From contig JAPEUI010000088.1 in the NCBI GenBank assembly GCA_026025075.1, forward strand, positions 1 through 64,000: DNA of 64,000 nucleotides. The letters are read 5' to 3'. Positions 11,332-25,234 of the stretch are shown here, piece by piece. This DNA comes from Vezdaea acicularis. Lineage: Eukaryota. Numbering within the stretch: the stretch's first letter is position 1; each line of letters opens with the position of its first letter. The notes under the pieces are model-generated. The model saw only the letters and a program-made list of their open reading frames with translations. It made no database searches and had not been told where the DNA came from. Made by a program: the position numbers and the translations under genes.

Positions 11332-12584
11332 TCACGACCCACCGCTATCCATATCCAACAAATGACCCATCTTCTCTATTTTTGTGCGCAAGTAGCCGCC
11401 CACTTCTTCACTATGTACACCTCTTCGTCCACCTGTTTTCCACGCGAGTGGCACCATTGCCATTCTCTCCTTCACTACCACCTCCCTGTTCGGCCCCTCC
11501 ACTGCCCGAATCTTGTCGGGATTGTTTGTTAAGAGTCGTATGTCTCTTTGACCCAGATCGAGTAGCATTGCAGTTGCCAGCCCATAACTCCGCGCATCAG
11601 CTGGATGCCGTAGGAGTAGATTCGCCTCAACCGTGTCCGAGCCTAGGTCTTGAAGATTGTATGCTTTCAACTTCTCTCCAAGCCCAATTCCTCGGCCTTC
11701 TTGCCGCAGATATATGACAATTCCGCCACTCGAGGAGGGTAGAGACATTAACCGCGCGGCTTCGTCCAATTGCTCTCCACAATCGCATCTCGTTGACCAA
11801 GCAGTCTCTCCTGTGTAACACTCAGAATGTATGCGTACAAGGGGCGCGTTGTTCGGCGGTTCTTCCTGCTCATTCGAGTCTAACCTGCTTAGTACTCGTC
11901 CGGGGTATAATCTGCCTGTGTACGCCCCTCTAATCATTCTATCCATTTCCGTTTCGCCCGGCCTTGGGGCATCCAGGCTTTTCGAGCGGATATTGGGGCC
12001 GAAGACAATCGCGAGGTGCTCTTTGTTATCCACATTGTTCTGGTACAAATGCAAGAACATCTCTGTCCCAGTGGTGCTGATATCATCAGCCCTGTCCTTT
12101 CATGACGCAACATGCGAACTCACGTCGGGATCCTTGCTCTCACGACACAACTGACCTCGGGTAGTGCTTCCAATAACCTCGGTCTCTTCAGCCTCGCGCC
12201 CTCATCTGTGTCGTTTCCGCTATCGACTGGATAGCTCCTAGCCTCATGCTTCAATGATGGTGTTGCGTTGCCGGGTGTTACAGGCGGAGTGAACGCTGGG
12301 CTTAGCAGGCTTGGAGGTATACCATCCTCCTCGGGGGTGGCAACTATCTCTTTTAGATGGCTTGGCTGGTGTGAGTGATATGCATGTTGTTGCTGTAGAT
12401 GGGATGGGAGCGCTGTCGCTGGATATGGATGATGCTGAGTCAGATCGAATTCTGAAATTGTGCGCGAGATAGGCAGTGGTCTTGGTGAATAAAACGGGGG
12501 CAAGTCAGGGTATGAGTGATCCTCATCATTATAGCTCAGGGTGTTGGCGTGCATGTCTGGTCCGAGGTTCTCAGGTTCAGACAT
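11332..12584 (-). CDS. RIB1: GTP cyclohydrolase II (riboflavin biosynthesis), one intron at 12077-12123
   Basis: [39 protein letters not shown] and RLLTNNPDK are RibA signature motifs. Confidence 0.97.
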
Positions 12585-12969
12585 GGCTTTTAGGACGCAG
12601 CTTATATATAGCGTTGATCAAACTTTGACGGCCATGTACACGTTAGCAGGAGGTCTTCTCCTAGGGACTTCCCAATGACGACAGGGCACTAATATGCAGT
12701 AATCATCGACATGGGCTGCGGTCATGCTCTGGCCTGGAGCGATAGGAGACTGGCCGGAACTGGGTAATCAATTACCAAGCAGTACGTTATTCTATCATGC
12801 GGAATTGAGCGTGCTTAAGAATTCGTCGTTGGAGCATCTCGGCAGGCGGAGCTTGTATTCTCCGAAATACGCGAACTAATCTCAAACCCGAGATGCGTCT
12901 CTTCTATGATTGTGGGACCGTCTCAAATCTTTAGCCAACACTTGTGTTTTGCCAAATTGGGGATCTGTG

Positions 12970-14094
12970 ATGGATCCATTCACAGGTGAAGGAGGTTCGT
13001 ATTTCCTTTTCGAAATCTCAAAATGCGTCCTGCTTATAAGTCGTAGAGCTTCTGAATGTGCACAATGCTTTCCACCAAGGTCAATATAGCGAAGTGACCT
13101 CGTTCGATGCAAAGAAACTTTCAGCCTCCAATGCTCTACCGTATGAAATATTGTCATACCGTGCTCAGCTTGCCGAGGGTGAAGTCGCGAAAGTTCTTAA
13201 GGATGTCGAGGGGAAAACCCAGCCGGAATTTCTTGCCGTGAAGAGTCTCGCACTATATATGTCAGACAAGCATGCTGAAAGTCTGAAACTAGCAGAGAAG
13301 CTAGCCAGCGAAAACAAGGACAACCGGACAGTTCAAGTGCTAGTGGCCACTGTATTGCAGGTTGAAGGGAAAAGTGAAGAAGCATTAGCTCTCTTAGGAG
13401 CTCACCAGGGCAGCCTTGAGGCGTATGTTCTGACTGTGCAAATAATTATGACTACAACGTGCTAATTACTTTATCATAGTGTTGCCCTTATCGTTCAAAT
13501 ACATCTGCAACAGAATAGGACCGATCTCGCTTTGAAGGAGGTACAAGCAGCACGGAGATGGGCTCAGGATAGCTTGTTAGTCAATATTGCAGAATCATGG
13601 GTTGGCCTCAGGGTGGTACGATGTCTCCCAATTCAGTAACTTTGGCGCCCATGTTGACACAGTATCAAAAAGGGCGGTGAACGATACCAACAGGCATTTT
13701 ACGTCTTCGAGGAGATGGCTCAGGCTCCTCCTGCTGCAACCAAGGGGCTCGTCGGCCAAGCTGTGTCAGAGCTCCACCTAGGACGTATTGCAGAGGCCGA
13801 AGCCGCGTTACAGGAAGCAATCAAGATCGATCCTCACGATGCCGAGGTTATTGCAAACACCATTGTCCTCACCGTGCTTATGGGTAAAGATGCAACTGAC
13901 CAAGTCAAGTGAGTTGAATCCTTCAATTTAGTTCACGCGAACGACAAATTCGGACTGATCACAAGCTAACGCAATGCACCTCCAGATCCCTAAGGGCCGT
14001 CTCGCCAAGTCACCTACTCCTTAAGGATATGAGAGAGAAGAGCGATTTATTCGATAGGGCAGCCGGGAAATATTCGGCGAAGGTCGCAGGATGA
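12970..14094 (+). CDS. SEC28: Coatomer subunit epsilon (COPE), four introns
   Basis: Spliced model MDPFTGEGELLNVHNAFHQGQY...HQGSLEAVALIVQIHLQQNRTDLA...WAQDSLLVNIAESWVGLRVGGERYQQAFYVFEE...KSDLFDRAAGKYSAKVAG*. Confidence 0.92.
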
Positions 14095-16380
14095 ACCTAG
14101 ATCGAGACCTAAGCCTCCGTTCGTTTCGGGTAGCGTGTGGCCAAAATTATATCGTCGGATATGCATAAAGCAAGCGAGGCTTGGCGCTCTTTCCGTCATG
14201 GCTTGTGGCTGAATCTCTTGATCAGGTGGTCGTGGCGGCGTCTTGAAGATTTGGAAGGGGTTACATGCGCTTCCTGTCGCTCACCACCGCAAGCCCCCTA
14301 TGACATGCAGTAGGAAGAGGTATACTCTAGCAAATAGTACCAAGTTGCCCGTCTCTCGACTTCTGACCCGCCAAAAGACATGTGTTGGACCGCGAGACTG
14401 CGCGAGATTGGCTCCGAAGGAATGAAGAAGTCACCCTCGGCACCAAGCATATTCCCGCATCTTGTACTCCCATGGCGTTGCGGGCGAGCATGTCCGACAA
14501 GCCGTCCCCCTTCCGTCCGAGATAATTCGCCATCGCTGGTCCAAGGCAGGCGTCTCTGGCATCTCGCAATTCGAACCAGCACAGATCCAGGGCTGAAATC
14601 ACTCAGCGGCGTGGAAGGAAGCCATCGCCAGTCCCCAACGATGCAGCGCCGTGGCAGGATAGCGATCTGAGCTTCGATGATGGCCCGGGCGGGTTGGGGA
14701 GAGGCGTGGTGAAGGCGGGGATCGGGGTTATACATGAAGATCTGACGGGCGACGCGTTCGGCGATGATAAATACAACCATGCAAGCATGCAACGATACAT
14801 GGCATCATCGGTGACACGACGGCGGCGCAATGCGGTACGGGTTTCATCGGCCATGAGGACCATGAGCCGCTTGTTTCTGCCACGTTTCGACGATCGAATG
14901 CGGCCGGCGGGTCCCCCTGGGTTCTGCTTGGCCCCCTCGGCCCCCTCGTGAGCGCGCGCTGCTCTTAGCCTCCTCCCTCGTGCTGAAGCGACGCCAGCGC
15001 TGGAAGCGAGAATGCCAAAACCCCCAAACCCCGTGTTTGCGCCGCCAAGGACACGCAGATGAGTTCGGGTCTGCCACATCCGCCAGCTTCTGGAAGCAGC
15101 GTCCTGTTCTGCGCGCTGCTCATGCCTTTTCGCTAATCAGCATCTGGCGGAAGGGCATGACGCACAATCCATCGCCCGATCACCATCCTCCCTCCGACCA
15201 TCACACAGACCCGTCAATTGACGATGGCAGCAGCGTTCGCAGATAGCGGACACGGCATCCTTTCGGACGTCGGACAACCACGCGCGGTACACCAGGTACT
15301 GGCCCGACCCATCTCCAGAAATCGGTGATCCTTCGAGGCAGAACCCCGGCCCATCGTGCGGAATTAACCTGCCCTTCGCCGGCCCAGCGGACGCACAGGC
15401 GGTACAGGACATGTGCGCGCGGTGCCAGCATGAGCATGGTGACTCGAAGGTGGTGACCGCCGGCGATCTCACTTCCCATCTGGCATCGCGACAGGATCTA
15501 GCTGCCAGATGAACGTGCAGACTGCAGCTGGGCGGCCGGCACGTATTCTGATAACAGCATCTAACTTTACCGTCGAGCATCGTACCGTCGCGTCGTCTCG
15601 TCGCCTTTCTCGATTGATGTTTGCATGTGCCGGCCGCGCGAATCAGTGCACCGGTACAACAGCGCAACAATAATCAGATGAGATGATGGCCGTCTCGGCG
15701 TCGTGACGCGCTGGGCGAGGCGACCCATCACGTTGTGAAAAGTCACAAATGGCCACCGAGGATGGCCGTGGCGCCCAGTGCCTCCGTCCCTCCGTCGGCA
15801 TGTGAAGCTGATCAGTTTCATGGCCTCTCTTTCTGTTGACGAGACTGAGTACGACCGTTTGCAGGGGCCGCATCCGCCTCAGCCTGAACACCGCTCTTGC
15901 GTCTGCGTCTGCAGTCATCGAGGGAGAGCCCGGCTAAGGACGATGCGATAATGGCGACTAGCCTCTCACACCATTTCTTCGCAGGACATCACTCCTTCTG
16001 AACCCTGTCCTACCGACTACTCCCAACCTTATCATCACCGAAGGCGTTCCTTCGTACGGGCGACTTCGGGACAATGCACAATCTGGTCCCCGGATTGAGG
16101 CATAACTTCTTCCTTTGAATCCACACGTGTAGACCGAAGGAGTGTCTACTAACGATCCGTGCTCCACCAATTTCCCCGTTGTCGCAGATCTCTTCCTGCG
16201 ACTATGTGTTCCCTTTCTATTCACCGACTTTACTCCCTGCCATCTCTTTCCTATAAAGCCCCGTATGATGTCTATGTCCATTCACATGGCAAAGCATTTA
16301 CGCGCCCCAGGGAATTTTAAAAGCTGTCCCCCTTCTCCTCTCCTCACACTTTCAACTTAGACTTCTCAACCCTCCCCAAG

Positions 16381-17373
16381 ATGCCTATCGCGATCACCCC
16401 GCCCTTGTTGCAACTCGGCTCTGAAGAGTTCACCCAGCACAAACTCGCAGCGGCTCTCAAAAGTCTGCCCGCTAATGCTGCTACCGCTGACTTGGTTCCG
16501 GAGGAGACACCGATCGTATGCTTCTCAGGTTAGTAGGCGAAGCGCCAGCTGCAGAACTTGGTGAATGCCTATTAAGTTTTGTCCCAGATTTCGATGGCAC
16601 AATGTTCATCCAGGATACGGGCCATATACTCTTTGACACGCATGGCTGTGGTCGAGAGCGGCGCAAAGAGTTAAGCGGGTCTATCAGATCCGGCCGCAGA
16701 CCTTTCCGTGAAACTTCAGATGAAATGTGGGGTACACTTGACGTCCCTTTTGAGAAGGGTTGCGACCTTATCAAATCGGGCCTAATCGTCGACCCAGGTT
16801 TTGAGGATTACTATCGCTTTTGCATGGATAACGGAATTCCGTTTCATGTGATGTCATCAGGCATGGAACCGATCCTACGAAGCGTTTTAGAACTGTACTT
16901 CGGACGAGAAGGAGTGAGCGCTCACAACCGGTTCTAAATGTGAGCTCAGAAGCTGAATTTTTTAGGCTAAGAACATTCCAATCATCGCCAACGGCCTTGA
17001 CGTGAGTCCAGATGGTTCTAAATGGACCCCAATTTGGCGTCATGACTCTCACCTTGGCCACGACAAGGCATTGTCCATACTGGAGTACAGAGCCAAAGCA
17101 GCTACACAGGACAAAAATGCCCCTACGCCCCTAGTTGTTTTTATCGGAGATGGTGTTTCTGATCTGGCCGCTGCTCGCGAAGCCGATATTTTGTTCGCTC
17201 GGAAAGGCCTTCAATTAGAAAGATACTGCATCGAGCACGAAATCACCTACTATCCCTTCAACACCTTCGCAGACATCCAGCAGGAGGTCAAAGCAATCGT
17301 CAATGAGGTCAGGAGAAGCGACCAGTTCATGTTCCGCTCATTACCCATGGCTCGCGCCATCGCGACGGCTTGA
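16381..17373 (+). CDS. HAD-superfamily phosphatase (subfamily IB; Pyp1/YNL010W- or MtnX-like), two introns
   Basis: Exons 16381-16528, 16588-16913, 16966-17373. Motif I CFSDFDGT, motif II VMSSG, motif III GHDK, motif IV FIGDGVSD, plus LFARKG. Confidence 0.88.
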
Positions 17374-18460
17374 GCAAATCAGCATGACACTTGTCCGGGT
17401 CCTATGTTGGATGATGGCATGAAACTTTTTAGAGATACTTACACGAGCTTTTCAGTGGGTTTTCAAGGGATGGAAGTACTCATCTGGCTCACTTGAGCCT
17501 GCAGCGGTCTTCTTATATTTTGGAGCTATGCGATTAGCATTGTGCAGCCTTCATATCATGAGCGTGTTTGGGCATTGAAGGGCATTTGCAAAGGGCGAGG
17601 ATTCACTAATTCACTATTGTCAGACTTTGAGCGCTAATGACAGCCGCGCATGATATCTTAGACGTTTCCAGAAAGGTTACTTGGATAGATTGGCGTTTGC
17701 TAGATGGAAGACCAACTAGACTTTTAGACTATATAACGGGATAGAGGTTACTTAATGAAATGTCGTCTATGAATATTAAAACTTGCTCATAAGATGTACA
17801 CGTATACCAGCCCATGGGATTCAAAGGTTGCTCGTGGATCTTAGTCCTAATTGGAACCTCTAGGTAAGCCAGTAGAGTAATGCAAAGAGAATGACGCGAT
17901 CCATTCCAACTATTGATCCACAAGCTTTGATTACAGCGCACAGGATCTTCAAACCCCGCAGAGCAAGCAGTAAGGCTCATTCTAACCTGTTCTGGAGGGA
18001 GGCAACGAATTGGGCAGTCCGAAGCAGCAAAAGCAATCGCCGCACGGATTGCAAAAACCGCCGATGCCCAGCTTTCACGTATGATAACGTGATTTAGGAC
18101 GCGAGACGAACCTCAAAAATAAAGGTTCATGGTCGTGCCTTAATTGTCGGAGATGTCTCCTACTCAATTGGATTTAATTATGCAAGGTCTTATCTGCATA
18201 CATATATACGAAGAATGGGGTCGCCCTATTGGGGGCGAGCCTCAGGAAACGTCTTAGCGGGGTTTCTCGTCAGCTCCGAGCTCAGCTATAAATCAAACTA
18301 CCTTCCCCCCTGCGCTATCGTAGCAACTCTGGTACGCTTACGACATAGTACGAAAGGAGTCAACTTCTCTTATCTGTAGTTTCCGAGATTCTCTGCATTC
18401 ATTCTTTAAACCTAACCCTAGCCTTACCCCTGTTACATACCTTTGAGAGCTGGCCTCACC

Positions 18461-21400
18461 ATGGTGCGACTTGCCTTACCTACACGCCTGAAGAGCTACG
18501 GTAGCTCTAGGAACGTCAATGGAACTACAAGTCGGAGCGCTTCTCCTAACGGAGCTAGAGAAGGAAAGCCTACACCGGGTCTGCTACTGAGGACTACGGT
18601 CCTAAGGGTCAGTGGGCTATAACAAACTGCTAGTGCTCTCGAAGCTGTTATTGATGAGACATAGGCTAGGAACCTTGCCGCAAAAGATAGGAATGGCTTA
18701 AGTGACCCCGTATGCTCCTACTCGCAAAAAATGAAAGCATAAGCAGGGATTGACAAGCACCAGTACGTCGTCGTTACTCTTGGTGAGGCAAAGTCGGTTA
18801 CACATGCGGTCAACAAGTCACTCAATCCGGAATGGAACGTTACGTTTGATATGCCCATTTCAAGTGTGGATGGCCTTCTATTCCAGTGCGTCTGTTGGGA
18901 CAAGGATCGATTTGGAAAGGTAGATGATACAATTCCTTTGTGGAAAGACGAAAACTCACGGCAATGAGCGTAGGACTACCTAGGCGAGTTTGACATTGCA
19001 GTGGAAGACATTTTCAAAAATGGCAGCATCTCCTCGGAGGTGAGTAAGAGAATTGCTGCTCTAGAGCTAAGAGAGCTGACAGTATGATTGCAAAGCCAAC
19101 TTGGTACCCCTTAAAGTCCATGCGCAAGTCATCGAAAATATCAGGCGACGTCGAACTCCAGTTCATACTTGTCGATCCGTCACACCCCGATGCTACACCC
19201 GAACAGCTTTTACAAAAGATACACGCAATTGTTGCTGTTGAGCATGCCGCGGACTACGAAGACGATGAGCTCAGTCGATACACGAGTCTCGAAAACGACC
19301 ATGATGACGAGGATGAGGAGGATCGTCGAGACGATGATATATACGATATTGAGAAGGATGACGAGGCACAGGATCCTAGCAAGCCAGAAAACGTCGAGAA
19401 AAAGAAGAAACGTTTACGCATGAAGAAGCGCCAAAAGAAGGCTAGAGCTTATGAGTTTACCGGAGATTCGGAATGCGTTGGCATTGTGTTCCTAGAGGTC
19501 GAGAAAATCCAGGATCTTCCTCCAGAAAAGAACGGTCAGTCTTCTTCATTCCAATTTCTCCATGAGCTTTTCATTGACAGTCAGGAAAAGTTACCAGGAC
19601 TGGTTTTGATATGGACCCCTTTGTGGTGGTTTCTCTTGGTAAAAAGACATACCGTACGCGTGTCATCCGTCATAACCTAAATCCCGTCTTTGAGGAAAAG
19701 ATGATATTTCAAGTAATGCAACATGAAAAGTCATACCACCTGAACTTTGCGGTTGTCGATCGCGATAAGCTCTCGGGGAATGATTTCGTTGGAACTGCAA
19801 ATATCTCTATAGAGGATATAAGCTCCTGCGCACCAAAAGCAGATCCAGAAACTGGGCTGTATCGACTCAAGGACCCAGTGTCGGATCCAAGCTTGCTGAC
19901 ACCACCTGCAAGTAAATCGCGATTTAGACTCCCAATATCTCGATCTTCATCTGCATCTAGTCTGAACAAACTTGCTCGACCCGGACTTAAGTCTCGGAAC
20001 TCTTCGTCTAACCTTACGGCCCAGACCGCCCCCGAACTTCCAGTGGCACCGACTAGTGCTCCATTCGAGCCAAACAGGCTCTCTCCTGTCTCCTCGCCCC
20101 AGCCTACGCTCGCCTCTAACAACGGGGAGGAAAGTACCCCACCTTCTCCAACAGACAAGGAGATCGATCCCGACTTGAAGCCTTATGTGATCCGACTGGA
20201 CTTGAAGAATAAGGACAAGTGGGAGGAGAAACACAACACAGAGCTCTTCATCAAAGCGAAATACGTACCATATGCAGCGCTCCGGCAACAGTTCTGGCGC
20301 GCTATGTTGAAGCAATACGATGCAGACGAAAGCTCTATGATCAGTAAGGTTGAAATAACGACCATGCTCGATACCCTCGGCTCCACTCTCAAGGAGTCAA
20401 CTATTGACGGATTCTTCCAGCGCTTTGCTGGCCAGAATGCGGACCAGGATCCAACTACACTGGAGTTGACCTTTGATCAAGCTGTGATCTGTTTGGAAGA
20501 TCAACTGAAGCGGACGGTACCAAAACAATCAATGAAGGAAAGAGTAAAGGCACATCTTCCAGACCCTCGTAAAATAGGTGAAGGCAGCCCAAGTGCTGCC
20601 AGCCCCGAAGAGCCAAGCTCATCTGCTCCTACGCCTCCGAGCAACGACGCCACAACGGCTATTCCTGTGATTGTTCCAAATCCTTTGGGTGCCCCCGGAG
20701 AAGAGGGCGAAGCGCTTGACAAAGATGACCTGGCGGATGAAAAGGGCGAAGAACATGTCGTAGAGATTCGGGAATGCCCGATCTGCCATCAACCACGACT
20801 AAACAAGAAATCCGATGCAGATATCATCACACACATAGCCACATGTGCTAGCTCAGACTGGAGACAAGTCAATAATCTTGTCATGGCTGGCTTCGTTTCA
20901 TCGAGCCAAGCGCAACGAAAATGGTATTCCAAGGTAATCACGAAAATATCCTATGGTGGTTACAAGCTAGGAGCAAATTCTGCCAATATCCTCGTTCAAG
21001 ATCGTATCACAGGGCAGATTAATGAAGAAAGGATGAGTGTCTATGTCCGACTAGGCATTCGACTCTTGTACAAAGGCCTAAAGAGCCGTGACATGGAAAT
21101 GAAGAGAAGTGGGCAGTCACGTTCCGTATGACTATGAGATGCAAACTAATGATTTTTTAGTTCGTAAGCTGCTTCGGAGTCTCAGCTTGAAGCAAGGCGT
21201 CAAATTCGATGATCCAGCGTCTGCTAGCCAAATCGACTCCTTTATTGCCTTCCATCAGCTCAACATGGATGAAGTAAAGCTGCCACGAGACCAGTTCAAA
21301 ACGTTCAACGAGTTCTTCTACCGTGAACTCAAGCCGGGCGCGAGGCCTTGCTCTGCTCCTGATAACCCAAAGATCATTGTGTCACCGGCCGACTGTAGAA

Positions 21401-22132
21401 GCGTTGTCTTCAATCAAATTGAGGACGCCACGACGGTGTGGATTAAGGGCAGAGACTTCTCGATCTCTAGACTGCTGGGCAAGGCGTATCCTGAGGAAGC
21501 TAAGAACTACACGAATGGCGCTCTAGGAATCTTCCGACTTGCGCCGCAAGATTATCATCGTTTCCATATTCCTGTGGATGGAGTGCTTGGTAAGCCCAAG
21601 CTCATTGAAGGCGAGTACTATACCGTCAATCCAATGGCCATCCGTTCCGCGCTTGATGTATATGGCGAAAATGTGCGGATCATTGTACCAATCGACTCCG
21701 TTGAGCATGGCCGGGTCATGATGATATGCGTTGGAGCAATGATGGTCGGCAGTACCGTCATCACTGCGAAGGCAGGACAGAAGGTCAATAGGACCCAGGA
21801 GCTGGGTTACTTCAAGTTTGGTGGCAGTACAATCATCCTTCTATTCGAGCCAGGGCGTATGAAGTTCGACAGCGACTTGGTCGAGAACGCCAGTGGTGCC
21901 TTGGAGACTCTAGTACGTATAACCTCGACTTGTATCTGTAAATAAACTCTCACAATTCTTCCGATAGATCAGTGTCGGCATGTCCATCGGCCACAGCCCC
22001 GAGCAAGCAGCTTACACGCCTGACATGAAGAAGGAACATGTCACGCGCGAAGAGAAGGATGATGCCAAACGCAGGATCGAGGGCAGTCTCGCGCCGCAAA
22101 AAGATCCATCGACAGGCGGGCTGGACGTCTGA
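18461..22132 (+). CDS. PSD2: Phosphatidylserine decarboxylase 2 (two C2 domains, EF-hand-like region, catalytic domain), seven introns
   Basis: C2 motifs ARNLAAKDRNGLSDPY and FDMDPFVVVSLG; TFNEFFYRELKP; FRLAPQDYHRFH; autocleavage site FKFGGST. Confidence 0.96.
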
Positions 22133-22707
22133 ATCGGCATGTCGATTCAACATCGAACGGTAGGAGTATCACGCGTCAGGATGTCTGCAATCGAAAGACT
22201 AGTCGGCGACTTTCCTAGGCTCGGGCTAGGGTATGAGAGGATGACAATCTCGCAGCGTTTGGACGTGCCACGTGCCGTAGGCAACTTCCTTCTCTAGATA
22301 AATCAGTGCTTCGTTATGTGTGACCATGTTGTGCAGACTGTGAGACGGGTCTCCCCGTTGGTGACTATGCCCCGGAGTGAGGCCGTCCTCTTCTGTGATT
22401 GGCCAATATCGCCTACCGAGACGGTTTAGCGTCCGTGGGTCGCGCCAAGACCAAAACAATGGCAGGAGCTCGTCGACTCCCACCCACGATCACCACCAAC
22501 CGGTAATCCCCTCAGCTTTGCGCCGACTGCGGACGTAAGCTATCGATTGCTCAACTTATCATTATCTCTGGGAATGCCTATCGCTCACAATTCACCCAGT
22601 CGACCTCGCAGCACCGTAGCCACGTCCGCCCATTCAATCGCCAAGTACACTTTCACATCCGCGAATCATCGCGTAGCGAAGCTCACCAGGGCGTAACTAC
22701 CGGATCA

Positions 22708-24334
22708 ATGTTTGCAACGCGCGCACCATTACAGACACTCGCCATGACGTCTCATCAGCCGCAGCGGCCTCCCCGACGGAGGAGCGCGCGCCTCGCTTTC
22801 GCGGAAGATGAGAATAAAGCTTACGAGGAGGAGGACGATGGATTTCGATTTACGCGCAAGAAGAGCAAGAAGGAGAAGGCTGCCCCGAAACCGGTGGTGG
22901 AGAGCGTGAAGAGAATGGAGAGGGTTGCGAGTCCACCGCCTTCACCGCAGGAGAGGCAGCAGAAGCCGAGTAAGAGGCTGAAGACGTTCGATACGCCGAC
23001 GGCGGGGGGAGAGCTGAGGGTCCCGAAACGGAGGTCTGGACGGTTGTCTGGGGAGAGGGATACTGGGAAAGGAGAGGGGCATGATAATAGGGGACGGCAG
23101 GAGAATGGCAACAAACAGAGAAATGAGGCTCCGGGGGATGAAGACATTGTGCATTTAGTCCACGATGCGGAGAAGTCGAAAGCGGACTCAACGAAGATTG
23201 CTCTATCTTTCTCCGATACGCCAGTGATCAATCGAAACAAACAGATGCGAAGGGGTAGCGGGGGCCATCGACGAAGCAGTATAGGGTTGAGAGGGAGAAG
23301 GGCAAGTTCTTTGATCGATAGTGGGAGTAATGGTAAGAGGGTCCTTCACGATGACCTTTACAGGCGTCAGGTGTCTTGTTAGAGGCAATCATCACGACTA
23401 ACACGAAAATTATAGCTATCCCACATCGAACGGTCGAGGCGTCAGAATTCTACAAGCACATTTCAAGTGAAGGACTTTCGGAGCCTCGCCGCATGAAACA
23501 ATTGCTCACGTGGTGCGGGACGAGGGCACTTGGGAACAAGCCAGCATACTCATCTGGCACCGAGGGGCACGCACGATTAGCTGGTAAGGCGTCTTGTTTG
23601 TCAATTGTGGCTTTACGAGCTACGGAGCTGACTGCATAACAGCAAGAGTCATACAAGAAGAATTGCTGAAAGATCTGTCAAACCGGAGTGAATTGTCAGA
23701 TTGGTTCAATAGGGTATGTGTCCCTCACCGCCTGGCTCAGCTTGATATGCATCTTAATCTGACATCACTTGAAACTCCAGGAAGATACAGCGCCGACTGT
23801 TCTGGTGAAGAAACCAAATCCGCGCAATATTAGCGATGCAGCAAAGATTCAGGAGCTTGAGAAGCAATTACAACGGTATGTGTTTTTCTCTTCTATGCCA
23901 TAAGCAGAATCCTAATATTCTATAGATTACAGGAAGAACGAGCGGAGTGGGAAGGACTCCTAGCCGTGCCAGAACCCCTACCAAACCCGTCCCCTCCACG
24001 AATCACATCACCAGCCGAGATCGATGCCTCCTTTCTTGATCCCGAACAAGTGGCCATACTCGCGACACTCACCTCAATGCCTCCAATAGCTCCACTGGTG
24101 GAGGAACGACTGGACACAGCAGCTAGTGACCTTGAGTTCAAGGTCGACAAGTTTGCGGACGGCGTCCATCAACTGCGTTCATGGCAGAAACAAGCAGAGA
24201 AAGTCGCGGACACCATTCTCAGAGAATGCGCGACGAAACTAGAAGAGCGGGAGAAGCAGGTAATAGAAAAGGCCGGGATGAAAGGCGTCGATGTGAAGGA
24301 GGTGTTACGAAGTCTCAGCCGACTCGAACGGTGA
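22708..24334 (+). CDS. DSN1: MIS12/MIND kinetochore complex subunit Dsn1/Mis13, four introns
   Basis: DDGFRFTR, SDTPVINRNKQMR, the Aurora B-type basic motif RRSSIGLRGRRASSL, PH..VEASEFYKHI, EPRRMKQLLTWC and KKPNPRN. Confidence 0.88.
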
Positions 24335-25234
24335 TATCAAATCCGTGGTGGGGGTTTTCCTTGTTGGCCAGCTTGTTCGCCCGCTTGCCTGCTTACATAC
24401 GTCCTTACTTGGCGCTGGTGGATCATAGAATGGTGTTGAGGAGGAGTTCTGGCCAAATGGACGAGTATGGGTGTCATGTATGTATATATGAGATTGGCCG
24501 AAAACACATTCGTCTGCAGGATCGAATACTTGCCCACATATTGGTTTGGACAGTCAGAAGCTGATTCGAGGCGCGTTGTGGCGGCCTTGGCGCAGGCTGG
24601 AGCGTCTCGTGTTCGTGCCGAGGCCCTGCGCGTGGGAACACAGGCAGGGATCTCGTTCGTCTGCCCTAATACGCTACCCCAGGCGAAGGCCGTCAGATTC
24701 GCACCACCGCCGGCCTTGGGCTTACTATTTCGAGCGACGAAAGAATCCACAACCGTCTCGCCGGCGATGCAACCTTGAAGGCAGCCCGGCCCTGCATTGC
24801 GTCTCAATAGCTTTGCAGCGACCCAGCCATTCACGGACCGACTGGCCATGACACCCTCCCACCAACGACATAATCAGACCAAAACATCCTTCCGTGGCTG
24901 TGCTGGAGGGGGAAAGGTTCGATACCAATGGCTGCACCCGCGCAGTCGCGTCAGCTGCCCAAGGTTGCTAATCGGTGATGGATGATGCTGGATTCTGTTG
25001 CTTGCTTCCCTATCTCGCGTCCCTTCCGCCGACTGACGTTGTATTGAGTGGGATGCGGCCGCTACAGTTTTGCCGTCGTTCAGCTGCTTAAAAGATCAAG
25101 GCCATGCCCGGCCTCACGAGGCTCCTTGATCTTTTGGATATGTTTCCGTTGGCAAAGCACTTGCACAGACACAAGTCATTCGTTTCAGTTTTTCAGCTGA
25201 TACTGTCGTTATCCTCTCTTACCGCTTTTAAAGC

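Noticed and set aside
14243..16281. Many overlapping 60-177 aa ORFs on both strands
   Set aside because: Arg/Gly/Pro/Ala-rich translations typical of GC-rich non-coding DNA, with no recognisable motifs.
16265..16360. Four-ATG uORF ending 20 nt before the HAD phosphatase start
   Set aside because: A TATA-like CTATAAAG at 16251 sits immediately upstream, so transcription probably starts after most of these ATGs. Not supportable without TSS data.
18408..18432. CCTAACCCTAG telomere-like sequence considered as a telomerase RNA template
   Set aside because: It is a single degenerate copy about 40 nt before the PSD2 ATG, with no room for a long non-coding RNA.
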